Made by a program: the position numbers and the translations under genes
Source: Nemertoderma westbladi
Taxonomy: Eukaryota > Animalia > Xenacoelomorpha
Length of the DNA stretch: 64,000 nt
Direction of reading: 5' to 3'
Assembly: GCA_032718475.1 (NCBI GenBank)
Contig: JAUCBJ010001352.1
Location: 10,228-74,227, forward strand
Shown here: positions 50,420 to 63,029 of the stretch, in pieces
Layout of the letters: each line of letters begins with the position of its first letter
Position numbering within the stretch: position 1 is the first letter of the stretch
Notes under the pieces: generated by a model
What the model saw: the letters and a program-made list of their open reading frames with translations, nothing else
Database searches by the model: none
What the model was told of the DNA's origin: nothing

Positions 50420-50625
50420 CAACTTGGTACAATAACACCCGCGCATTAAAGCCGGGAGATCACGTGCTGTTAGCGGAAGTGAATCTAAAAAGACGCTTCT
50501 GGATAACAGGTGTAATTTTAGCCACACATCCATCTATGGATGGAGTGACAAGAACTGTGACAGTACGGACAATTGACGGTCGTACAGTAGACAGACCGAC
50601 TCAACGTCTCGTACTTCTTGAAGAG
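50420..50625 (+). mobile_element. BEL/Pao LTR-retrotransposon polyprotein C-terminal fragment
   Basis: W......LKPGDHVLL.E......W..G.I...HP..DG..R.V.VRT.......RP..RL..L, the typical BEL/Pao post-integrase (DUF5641-like) motif. Confidence 0.85.
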
Positions 50626-50679
50626 ACTCGTAACGAGTCTGGAGACTACAAATCTCCAACTAATACCTTGTTATATTAA

Positions 50680-50830
50680 CGGACTGGGTGAACCTACCTC
50701 CACTTCTGAATTTAAAGGCCTTTGTTTTCATCATGTTTACAGTTAGTTTATTTTTGTTGAAGTATTTAGATTGTTTGTCTAGTGCTGCTTGGATGTCTTT
50801 TAGAGAATTTCCGTAAATGGCTACAGTCCC
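50680..50830 (-). mobile_element. Short LINE RT fragment
   Basis: SLKDIQAALD...YFNKNKLTVNMMKTK..F..GG. Confidence 0.55.
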
Positions 50831-51164
50831 AATCCCAATAAACATTAACTTGGTCGTTTTGGCGGCCAAAATGACCAAAATCGCCAAAAAAATGTAGTGT
50901 ATTCCTAGGGGCTACTTGGTCGTTTTGGCGAAGCGATTTAACTCAAATCAGCTAAGTCCAGACAGTCTGTCTCCTTGGCCATCCATTTGGTGGATCTGAC
51001 TAAATGTCGGCTCGCTTTCATTTTTATAATTGACAGATTGTTAACTTACCCGGCGCTGAGCCTTGCAGTACTGGAGTCCGCCCACTCAGGCATTGATAGA
51101 GTACACAGTCTTATAAAAGGAGTTGAAGGGGGCTTTGTTAAAGGAGGAGTATGTATAATAATCT

Positions 51165-51340
51165 GAACGTCCCGAAATTAATTTATGGACGTCCCGAAAT
51201 TAACTTATGGACGTCCCGAAATTAATTTATGGACGTCCCAAAATTAATCTATCAACCAATTAGAATCGTAATGAAATAACTAATTAATGGACGTCCATAA
51301 ATTAATTTCGGGATGTTAATTTCGGAAATTAATTTCAATA
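51165..51340. repeat. Short tandem/inverted ggacgtcccgaaattaa repeats
   Basis: Four direct units followed by inverted units. Confidence 0.7.
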
Positions 51341-52449
51341 ATATTTTTTTTTATAATAAAATTTTTTTTTAATATTTTTTTACAATGTATAATTCGCGGA
51401 CACTGCGGGGTGACTACAAAACAAAGACCCAATTATAACGACCTACATAATCTTGTTACATGTGTTAACTTTCGTTAATTGTTTTGAATCCCTCGTCACG
51501 CCTCTGTAACTTTCTCCTTTACTAACCTGCTCCTTTAAATAGCAATGGTACATAACGCTCATTGTGACCTGTACAAAACAAAGAGGTAAAGTCGCGTTAC
51601 GTCCCAAAGAGCGTTAGGTTCCAAACAGCTTTAGGTCCCATTGCCAGAGAGAGTGAGGTCACATTGCCATTTAAAGGAGCAGGTTAGTAAAGAAGCAGGT
51701 TACAGAGAAATTAAGAAAATTTCATTTTATTTTTTTTATTACAATTTCTTTATTATTTATTCGAAAGGGTTTCGGCAGTTCTTTAAAAGTTATCGGTTCG
51801 AATTTTTATATTTCTGTTTTTACAGCGAATTTTTCAGATTAGCCAAAAATTTTTTAAAATTTTGCCAAATATTAATAAATCTTAATTAATTTTCATAAAA
51901 ACGCTACATTTAAATTTTAACCGATAACTTTTGTGGAGCTCACCTCGGTAATTCGAAAAAATTGTTTCAGCCAATTTCACCTAAAATTGAATGACTAGTA
52001 GGATTTTAACCGATAATCGTGTTTCATTCAATGACAAGCGAGGGGGCGAATAGAAAGTTGAAAATTTTTCTAACAAACAAATGTTCAGCCATATTTTAAC
52101 AGCCCATACTGTATAAAATCAAATATTTAGTACGATTTTAGAAAAGGAGTGATTTATATATGAATTCCTGTTGCCATGGTGAAACATGGTCTTTTTAACC
52201 AACTTCCAACAATCCGATTTGTGCCGATTTTGGATATGTTGATAAGCAGAAAATTTGGACCTAGAAAATCTTCATTTAAATTCTGTTGGAATTTTTCCGA
52301 GGTTGAGCCGTTTTTCCCTTTTTTTTAATGGACTAGTGGAGTGAAAGTCCCTAAATCTGGAAAACCCGTGAAATAGTCCAATTAGTATCGATAGACTAAT
52401 TAAGTTTCCAGACCAACAGAAATTAACATTTTATAATTTTATTAATTAA

Positions 52450-55400
52450 CTAGAAAGCCTGTGGCCCTTCGGGCCACAGCTTTCTAGTGCACGTGCAGAT
52501 GATATATGAATATGTGTGGGAGATTGGAGAACTGCATACGGAACAGACACCATCATTAAATAAAACACCACCCCCATAAGAGATAACTGTCAAGTTTCAA
52601 CTTTAGTCAGATTGTAAATAACAAAATTTCCAGAAAATGATCACTTTCAGATCCACCCTCTACCTGCGGACTGGTGAAATGCAGATGGCGCTGCAGTTTG
52701 GTAAAGATGGGGTTTATGGTGAAGTAAAATGCCTGCCTTTCAAGTTTCAGCTTAAACAGATTGTAAATAACAAAATTGGTGTAGATGTTCACATTCAGAC
52801 TTCTAGCGGTAGACTGAAGAACTGTAGACGACTCTGGGACTCCGTAAAGATACAGAATATGCTGTAGTAGATTCCTGCCAAGTTTCAGCTCAAAGGGATT
52901 AAAGAGAACCAATTGGGATGAGGTGTTCACTATCAGACAATTCGCCCTCTAGCGGCAGATAGGGGAACTGTATACAACTCTGCGACTCCGTAAAGGTAGA
53001 GCCTATGCTGTAGTAGATGCCTACCAAGTTTCAGTCTAAACCGTTGGTAAATAACAAAGTTGGAGAAGATGTTAACTTTCAGACATTTCACCCTCTAGCG
53101 GTAGACTGGGGAAGTGTATACGACTCTGCAACTCCGTAAAGATAGAGCCTAGGATGTAGTAGATGCCTGCCAAGTTTCAGCTCAAAAGGATTAAAAAGAA
53201 CCAAATGGGATGAGGTTTTCACTATCAGACAATTCGCCCTCTTGCGGCTGACTGTGGAACTGTAGACGACTCTACTACTCCGCAAAGATATAGCCTATGC
53301 TATAGTAGATGCCTACCAAGTTTCAGTCTAAAAGGTTTGTAAATAACAAAGTTGGAGATGTTAAATTTCATACATTTCGCCCTCTAGCGGCAGACGCGGG
53401 TACTGTAGACAACTCTGCGCGACTCAGTAAAGATATAGCCTATGCTGTAGTAGATGCCTACCAAGTTCAGTCTAAATGGATTATAAATAACAAAGTTGGA
53501 GAAGATGTTAACTTGCAGACATTTCGCCCTCTAGCGGTAGACTGGGAAATTGTAGACGACTCTGCGACTCAGTAAAGATTCAGCCTATGCTGTAGTAGAT
53601 GCCTACCAAGTTTCAGTCAAAACGGATTGTAAATAATAAAGTTGGAGAAGATGTTAACTCTCAGACATTTAGCCCTCTAACGGTAGACTGGGGAACTGTA
53701 GACAACCCAGTGACTCCGGAAATATACAGCCTATGCTGCAGTATATAGTTACCACGTTTCAGCTCAAAAGCATTAAAAACAACCCTATAAGATCAGGTTT
53801 TCACTATCGGATAATTCGCCCTCTAGCGGCAGACGGTGGAACTTCAAACGGCTCTGAGTATTACGTTGCAACGAGTTAGGGCGAGACCTATCTAACGAGC
53901 TATAGTAAGCGAGATTTCATCGAGATTAGATGTATACTATTAGATAAAATAATAATACAGTAAGTATAGGCCTACAGAAATAATTATTTTCCTTTTAATA
54001 TTCATAACAGTAAAACAAAAATGTTATAAACCTCTCCTTCCATGCAGCCAATGATTGAGAAAGCAGAATTACTCTGAGCAATTCGCAACAGACAACCCAA
54101 ACCCACCCCAATCAACACTCCAGCCTGCTTGCTCCTTATCTGTGCCCAGCCAGCTAGCTAGCTGCAAGTTCAATAATTACCTTAACGTTGCTATGATACA
54201 GAAAACAATCCTTCCCTATTCAATAACAATAGGCCAATTCGATCCTGCTTGGCGAATATGACATATTTATACACTATTTGATTTTTAATCAATAAATAAT
54301 CATACATATTTATATTAAACACTCGAATAAAATAAAAACTTTGTGAGAATGGGACACGGCGAATCTACCCATGTTAATTTTATACCAGGTGGGATAAATG
54401 TTAGCCCTCTAAATCATTAATTACCGATAGAAGAACCGAAATAATTCGATAAATTTCGCCCGAAAATCACGAAAATCGCCCTCTAGCGGCAGACGGGCGA
54501 ACTTCAGACGGCTCTGAGTATTACGTTGCAACGAGTTAGGGCGAGACCTTTCTAACGAGATATAGCAAGCGAGATTTCATCGAGATGGGTTCGATTGTAT
54601 AGCCGATGACAAACACACAGACAGACAGACAGACAGACAGACAATCGAGATTTATATATATTAGACTAGAAAGCCTGTGGCCCTTCGGGCCACAGCTTTC
54701 TAGTGCACGTGCAGATGATATATGAATATGTGTGGGAGATTTGAGAACTGCATACGGAACAGACACCATCATTAAATAAAACACCACCCCCATAAGAGAT
54801 AACTGTCAAGTTTCAACTTTAGGCAGATTGTAAATAACAAAATTTCCAGAAAATGATCACTTTCAGATCCACCCTCTACCTGCGGACTGGTGAAATGCAG
54901 ACGGCGCTGCAGTTTGGTAAAGATTGGGTTTATGGTGAAGTAAAATGCCTGCCTTTCAAGTTTCAGCTTAAACAGATTGTAAATAACAAAATTGGTGTAG
55001 ATGTTCACATTCAGACATTTCACCCTCTAGCGGTAGACTGAAGAACTGTAGACGACTCTGGGACTCCGTAAAGATACAGAATATGCTGTAGTAGATTCCT
55101 GCCAAGTTCCAGCTCAATAGGATTAAAAAGAACCAAATGGGATGAGGTGTTCACTATCAGATATTCCGCCCTCTAGCGGCAGATACGGACTGCCACCAGC
55201 GGGGATCGAACCCGCGTCTCCCGAAAAACGTTCAGTTATGCTAACCACTTAGAACTCTGTGACTCCGAAAAGGTACAGCCTATGCTGTAGTAGAAGCCTA
55301 CCAAGTTTCAGTCTAAACCGTTAGTAAATAACAAGTTGGAGAAGATGTTAACTTTCAGACATTTCACCCTCTAGCGGTAGACTGGGGAAGTGAATAGGAT

Positions 55401-58400
55401 TCTGCAACCCCGTAAAGATACAGCCTATGATGTAGTAGATACCAACCAAGTTTCAGCTCAAAATGATTAAAAAGAACCAAATGGGATGAGGTTTTCACTA
55501 TCAGACAATTCGCCCTCTAGCGGCTGACTGTGGAACTGTAGATGACTCTACTACTCCGCAAAGATATAGCCTATGCTATAGTAGATGCCTACCAAGTTTC
55601 AGTCTAAAAGGATTGTAAATAACAAAGTTGGAGGAGATGTTAACTTTCAGACATTTCGCCCTCTAGCGGTAGACTGGGGAATTGTAGACGACTCTGCGAC
55701 TCAGTAAAGATACAGCCTTTGCTGTAGTAGATGCCTACCAAGTTTCAGTCTAAACGGATTGTAAATAACAAAGTTGGAGAAGATGTTAACTCTCAGACAT
55801 TTAGCCCTCTAGCGGTAGACTGAGGAATTGTAGACGACTCTGCGACTCTGTAAAGATACAGGCTTTGCTGTAGTAGATGCCTACCAAGTTTCAGTCTAAA
55901 CGGATTGTAAATAACAAAGTTGGAGAAGATGTTAACTCTCAGACATTTCGCCCTCTAGCGGTAGACTGGGGAATTGTAGACGACTCTGCGACTCAGTAAA
56001 GATACAGCCTTTGCTGTAGTAGATGCCTACCAAGTTTCAGTCTAAACGGATTGTAAATAACAAAGTTGGAGAAGATGTTAACTCTCAGACATTTAGCCCT
56101 CTAACGGTAGACTGGGGAATTGTAGACGACTCTGCGACTCAGTAAAGATACAGCCTTTGCTGTAGTAGATGCCTACCAAGTTTCAGTCTAAACGGATTGT
56201 AAATAACAAAGTTGGAGAAGATGTTAACTTTCAGACATTTCGCCCTCTAGCGGTAGACTGGGGAATTGTAGACGACCTCTAGCGGCAGATAGGGGAACTG
56301 TATACAACTCTGCGACTTAGTAAATGTAGAGCCTATGCTGTAGTAGATGCCTACCAAGTTTCAGTCTAAACCGTTTGTAAATAACAAAGTTGGAGAAGAT
56401 GTTAACTTTCAGACATTTCACCCTCTAGCGGTAGACCGGGGAAGTGTATAGGACTCTGCAACTCCGTAAAGATAGAGCCTATGATGTAGTAGATACCTGC
56501 CAAGTTTCAGCTCAAAAGGATTAAAAAGAACCAAATGGGATGAGGTTTTCACTATCAGACAATTCGCCCTCTTGCGGCTGACTGTGGAACTGTAGACGAC
56601 TCTACTACTCCGCAAAGATATAGCCTATGCTATAGTAGATGCCTACCAAGTTTCAGTCTAAAAGGTTTGTAAATAACAAAGTTGGAGGAGATGTTAACTT
56701 TCATACATTTCGCCCTCTAGCGGCAGACGCGGGTAATGTAGACAACTCTGCGCGACTCAGTAAAGATATAGCCTATGCTGTAGTAGATGCCTACCAAGTT
56801 CAGTCTAAATGGATTATAAATAACAAAGTTGGAGAAGATGGTAACTTTCAGACATTTCACCCTCTAGCGGTAGACTGGGGAAGTGTATAGGACTCTGCAA
56901 CTCCGCAAAGATAGAGCCTAGGATGTAGTAGATACCTGCCAAGTTTCAGCTCAAAAGGATTAAAGAGAACCAAATGGGATGAGGTTTTCACTATCAGACA
57001 ATTCGCCCTCTTGCGGCTGACTGTGGAACAGTAGACGACTCTACTACTCCGCAAAGATATAGCCTATGCTATAGTAGATGCCTACCAAGTTTCAGTCTAA
57101 AAGGTTTGTAAATAACAAAGTTGGAGAAGATGTTATCTTTCATACATTTCGCCCTCTAGCGGCAGACGCGGGTACTGTAGACAACTCTGCGCGACTCAGT
57201 AAAGATATAGCCTATGCTGTAGTAGATGCCTACCAAGTTCAGTCTAAATGGATTATAAATAACAACGTTGGAGAAGATGTTAACTTGCAGACATTTCGCC
57301 CTCTAGCGGTAGACTGGGAAATTGTAGACGACTCTGCGACTCAGTAAAGATTCAGCCTATGCTGTAGTAGATGCCTACCAAGTTTCAGTCAAAACGGATT
57401 GTAAATAATAAAGTTGGAGAAGATGTTAACTCTCAGACATTTAGCCCTCTAACGGTAGACTGGGGAACTGTAGACAACCCAGTGACTCCGGAAATATACA
57501 GCCTATGCTGCTGCTGCAGTATATAGCTACCACGTTTCAGCTCAAAAGCATTAAAAACAACCCTATAAGATCAGGTTTTCACTATCGGATAATTCGCCCT
57601 CTAGCGGCAGACGGTGGAACTTCAGACGGCTCTGAGTATTACGTTGCAACGAGTTAGGGCGAGACCTATCTAACGAGCTATAGTAAGCGAGATTTCATCG
57701 AGATTAGATGTATAATATTAGATAAAATAATAATACAGTAAGTATAGGCCTACAGAAATAATTATTTTACTTTTAATATTCACTAGAAAGCCTGTGGCCC
57801 TTCGGGCCACAGCTTTCTAGTGCACGTGCAGATGATATATGAATATGTGTGGGAGATATGAGAACTGCATACGGAACAGACACCATCATTAAATAAAACA
57901 CCACCCCCATAAGAGATAACTGTCAAGTTTCAACTTTAGTCAGATTGTAAATAACAAAATTTCCAGAAAATGATCACTTTCAGATCCACCCTCTACCTGC
58001 GGACTGGTGAAATGCAGACGGCGCTGCAGTTTGGTAAAGATGGGGTTTATGGTGAAGTAAAATGCCTGCCTTTCAAGTTTCAGCTTAAACAGATTGTAAA
58101 TAACAAAATTGGTGTAGATGTTCACATTCAGACATTTCACCCTCTAGCGGTAGACTGAAGAACTGTAGACGACTCTGGGACTCCGTAAAGATACAGAATA
58201 TGCTGTAGTAGATTCCTGCCAAGTTCCAGCTCAATAGGATTAAAAAGAACCAAATGGGATGAGGTGTTCACTATCAGATATGTCGCCCTCTAGCGGCAGA
58301 TGGGGGGACTGTATACAACTCTGTGACTCCGTAAAGGTACAGCCTATGCTGTAGTAGATGCCTACCAAGTTTCAGTCTAAACCGTTAGTAAATAACAAAG

Positions 58401-59904
58401 TTGTAGAAGATGTTAACTTTCAGACATTTCACCCTCTAGCGGTAGACTGGGGAAGTGAATAGGATTCTGCAACCCCATAAAGATACAGCCTATGATGTAG
58501 TAGATACCAACCAAGTTTCAGCTCAAAATGATTAAAAAGAACCAAATGGGATGAGGTTTTCACTATCAGACAATTCGCCCTCTAGCGGCCGACTGTGGAA
58601 CTGTAGACGACTCTACTACTCCGCAAAGATATAGCCTATGCTATAGTAGATGCCTACCAAGTTTCAGTCTAAAAGGATTGTAAATAACAAAGTTGGAGGA
58701 GATGTTAACTTTCATACATTTCGCCCTCTAGCGGCAGACGCGGGTAATGTAGACAACTCTGCGCGACTCAGTAAAGATACAGCCTATGCTGTAGTAGATG
58801 CCTACCAAGTTTCAGTCTAAACGGATTGTAAATAACAAAGTTGGATAAGATGTTAACTCTCAGACATTTAGCCCTCTAACGGTAGACTGGGGAACTGTGG
58901 ACAACTCAGTGACTCCGGAAATATACAGCCTATGCTGCAGTATATAGCTACCAAGTTTCAGCTCAAAAGCATTAAAAACAACCCAATAAGATCAGGTTTT
59001 CACTATCGGACAATTCGCCCTCTAGCGGCAGATGGGGGAACTTCAGATGGCTCTGAGTATTACGTTGCAACGAGTTAGGGCAAGACCTATCTAACGAGCT
59101 ATAGTAAGCGAGATTTCATCGAGATTAGATGTATAATATTAGATAAAATAATAATACAGTAAGTATAGGCCTACAGAAATAATTATTTTACTTTTAATAT
59201 TCATAACAGTAAAACAAAAATGTTATAAACCTCTCCTTCCATGCAGCCAATGATTGAGAAAGCAGAATTACACTTGAGCAGTTCGCAACAGACAACCCAA
59301 ACCCACCCCAATCAACACTCCAGCGTGCTTGCTCCTTATCTGTGCCCAGCTAGCTGCGATTTCAATAATTACCTTAACGTTGCTATGATACAGAAAAAAA
59401 TCCTTCCCTATTCACTACAGCACTAAGAATAGGCCAATTCGATCGTGCTTGGCGAATATGACATATTTATACACTATTTGGTTTTTAATCAATAAATAAT
59501 CATACATATTTATATTAAACACTCGAATAAAATAAAAACTTTGTGAGAATGGGACACGGCGAATCTACCCATGTTAATTTTATACCAGGTGGGATAAATG
59601 CTAGCCCTCTAAATAATTAATTACCGATAGAAGAACCGAAATAATTCGATAAATTTCGCCCGAAAATCAAGAAAATCGCCCTCTAGCGGCAGACGGGCGA
59701 ACTTCAGACGACTCTGAGTATTACGTTGCAACGAGTTAGAGCGAGACCTTTCTAACGAGCTATAGCAAGCGAGATTTCATCGAGATGGGTTCGATTGTAT
59801 AGCCGATGACAAACACACAGACAGACTGACTGACTGACAGACAATCGATATTTATATATATTAGACTAGAAAGCCCGTGGCCCTTCGGGCCACGGCTTTC
59901 TAGT
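52450..59904 (-). mobile_element. Head-to-tail concatemer of non-autonomous Helitrons with 146-bp internal tandem repeats
   Basis: Copies at 52450-54665, 54666-57782 (5'-truncated) and 57783-59865, plus a further 3' end at 59866. On the minus strand the 5' end is TCtaatatatataaat + (CTGT)n and the 3' end is the hairpin ctgtggcccgaagggccacag + CTAG. CTAG|TC junctions at 54666/54665 and 59866/59865. No TSD. Confidence 0.88.
55187..55252 (-). mobile_element. tRNA-like (second SINE family) fragment inside one Helitron repeat unit
   Basis: Minus strand aagTGGTTAGcat...gcggGTTCGATCCccgctggtggca; absent from the equivalent units at ~52960 and ~58300. Confidence 0.6.
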
Positions 59905-61472
59905 GCTTGAGGTATGATATGTAACATTACGCCCGAGTCATACATGGACTAAGTTTAGCAGCTGAGACGAAGACAAAGAAACGATTTGAAACGAAGATAT
60001 TTTGACATACCGACGTTTTGCTGGGTGAGTAGGCCTACTGTAAGAAGTTTTATTTTCGCTTTCAAGTTATTGCTACAACCGTTTGAAAAACGTGCCTCAA
60101 ACAACATTGTACAAGTCGCACCGCGACCACAGTTATTTTACGTCCTTGTAGTGATTTGTTGGTAGAAACGGAAAGGTGTCATTGAAAGATTCCAAATATG
60201 TAACAAAATCTGCATTTTGTTGAGAAATAGCTGAGTCACGGGCACGGGTTATACTAAGCGCATTGAAAATATAGTCATGGCCTTAATTAAAGAAATAGTA
60301 GTTCTCCACAAATGATAAAATAAAATGAACTAACTTATAATTATACATTATATTTCGAAACAGGGAGCCGAACTATTGACGCAAATCCATCAGGGCAAAT
60401 CAATAATGTTAATAATAAATTAAGAGAAAGGAACAGGTTAAAGTGGCTCTCTATTCTTAACCAAAACAATTCACTGTAGCAGTTTAGCTTTGCTGATTCG
60501 AGTAGGTATTCGCATTGGGGGCCGCAATGGTTAATTGGAAGCCATGATTTGTACACAATGTAATAAATATTATTAAATTACAATGCTTCCACTGATATTT
60601 CGGGAATTACACTGCAATAATACAATATTAAGGGGAATTAATATTGTTCCATATATGTAAGATCGGGATCGGCCTGCCCCTGCTCTATGGTCCATCGTCG
60701 GCAGACCCAGAAACAAAACCTCCCAAATCACTAGGTTAGCCATACAATTGGTATTCTTTATTCTAAGTCTTATAGTTAGACTAAGACTACTGTAATTTAA
60801 TTACCATTCGGTATTCACCTTCTGTTTTCGGCGTTCGGTATTCGCCATTAGGTACTGTATTCGACGTTCTGTTTTGGGCATTTTTGGTATTCGACGTGGA
60901 GTACGTCCTACGAGTCTTTTTTCCCGCATGAAGATTTTTGAATAATTTTAAATCTTATTTATCCGCATTTGCTCGATTTTAATTTGAAATTAATTTTTTG
61001 GTAAATTCAATTATACAATTAGTTGATTTACCAACTAATTGATTAATTAATAGCTCAACCAATTGCCATTTGTATCTATGCCTGACCATTTATCATTTAT
61101 TAATGATTAATTAGGTTGTATAATACAGTTTATACGGTTAACGGTTGTTCTATTTATTGCTGTGTATAATATATAGCAGGTGAGATCAGATTTTGATTTA
61201 TGAGAGCTGCCACTGCCATCACGGGGGAACGGTAGAGGGCTATAAAGTGGTGTAAGTAACATTGGTCAGGCCTCTACAGTACACGGCCAGCAGACACTTA
61301 GGAGCCTGGTTAATGAATTAGCGTGATTGGTTATTGGACTACAAAGTGGTGTAGATTAGATTGGTCTGCCTCTATATACAGTACACTGTATTTGTTGTCT
61401 TGCATTCTGTATCCTGTTATTATTACTGTAGGCCTATTAAAATAAATCGTACAAGAGTGAAAATTACACGCC

Positions 61473-63029
61473 ATGGACGAGGAACCACGTATGAGCTTGG
61501 GACCATTGATTAACGGATTGATTGGCGGATTTGTGTCAGGTATGTATCTAATTTACGTATGTAGGTCTACTTCCCACTTACTGTCTGTTCGATTTCCCTG
61601 TTTCCGAGTCTTCATAGAAAATAAGTCTGCCTTAATTACTGTGTACCGTACTGTAAACACAAAGTGCTACGGTGCTCCGTAAACAACGTTTTTTATAGTT
61701 AATTTTTATAGTTTATCAAACAATTAAACAATATACATCAATCATATGTCTTGACTACCGCTTCAGATATTGAAAATAATGTATTATTTTATCTGAAACA
61801 CCAACCCGACTAAAATACAGAAAGCTCAGAAGCTTATATTATTATCCAACTGAACTGTATAGTTTATTGGGTACCTTACAGACTTCAGACTTGGCTGAAT
61901 GATATTTCTATGACTAATTCATTTTTAGTTATTGTCGCATATGTGGCAGACGCGGAGGACGGTGTTGCCACCGTATCGGGGAAAGAAGTCCCAATACGAA
62001 CGTATACTCTAAGAGACGGTACAAATGAGTGTACACTTACTGTGTGGGAGCCAGGAAAGTTTCTGGAGAACCGGCTAAATCTAACAAAAGGGAGCATTTG
62101 CGAAGTTCGCAATTTAAAGATCCGGCACTACCAGGGTCTAAAGACCCTGTATAGTACTGGCCGGACCACTGGCAAGGTAAGTTGCCTATTCTGTAACTCT
62201 TCTATATATCACAAAGTTCATGGGTTCGACCCCCAGAAGTGCAGTCCAGTTAACTTAAGTAACGTAGATCATGTTATGTAAAATGGGGGGGGGGGGGGGG
62301 GGGGGGGCGCGACTATGTGCGACCAGGTGGGGAAAATCCCACCTGGTCGAATAAACATTGTTAATTGTCAAATAAGGGAAAGAAACAGGTTATAGTCGCA
62401 GCCTAACCAAAACAGTAAATGTTAGGGTTCATTGTTGTTCGTAATCAGTCGTTGTTAACTAAGTTTAATAAATACATATAGATAGGGTCTTCCCCAACGG
62501 TAAAAAAAAAATAATTGAATTAATTTAAATTAATTCAATTATTTATTTAATTATTTTTTTTTTACCGTTGGGGAAGACCCTTATCTATTTGTATTTATTT
62601 AACTTATGATGGACCCCCTAACAGCAGCATGTCGCTTTGTTTCAAGATTTAACTAAGTTTGAATGTCATAGTGATTCCAATAATTAACTGATTTATCAAC
62701 TTTTAATATAGGAATTAATGCCGAGTTCTTCTGTTGTGGCGGGAGTTCCTCTCCCGTATGAGGAGGAGATTTCGTCAACCCCCCCCGTTCCGACACCGAC
62801 CCCACCGCCTACACCGACACCCCCGCCACCAATGTCGCCATCATACACCTCGCCCTTTAGAGGTTCTGGGGCAGTCGCCACTGCTCAACAACCTCCGGCT
62901 ACACCCTTGAAGAGGCTTATTGAAAGCCAGGTTGTTGCCTGGGGGGCCGCCTTGGAGAGCCTTGGTGACGATCCCGTCGAAGTGAAACGGAAGATACTGA
63001 AGGTATCTGAAATACTGCTATCAGATTAA
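61473..63029 (+). CDS. Three-exon OB-fold ssDNA-binding-like protein (SSB/RPA-like), ~210 aa; exons 61473-61539, 61929-62176, 62712-63029
   Basis: GT-AG introns with compatible phases (1, then 0) and a ctaat branch point at ~61914. OB signature V.V.YV...RTYTLRDGT..CTLTVW...KG.I.EV.N.KI..YQG..TLYST, then a Pro-rich linker and a short helical C-terminus. Confidence 0.75.
62460..62608. repeat. Near-perfect foldback (~150 bp) in intron 2 of the OB-fold gene
   Basis: agggtcttccccaacggtaaaaaaaaa ... ttttttttaccgttggggaagaccct, with further flanking complementarity. Confidence 0.85.

Noticed and set aside
52607-59945. Recurrent short ORFs in the Helitron array
   Set aside because: No Rep (HUH/Y2) or Pif1 helicase motifs; they are repeat translations of a non-autonomous element.
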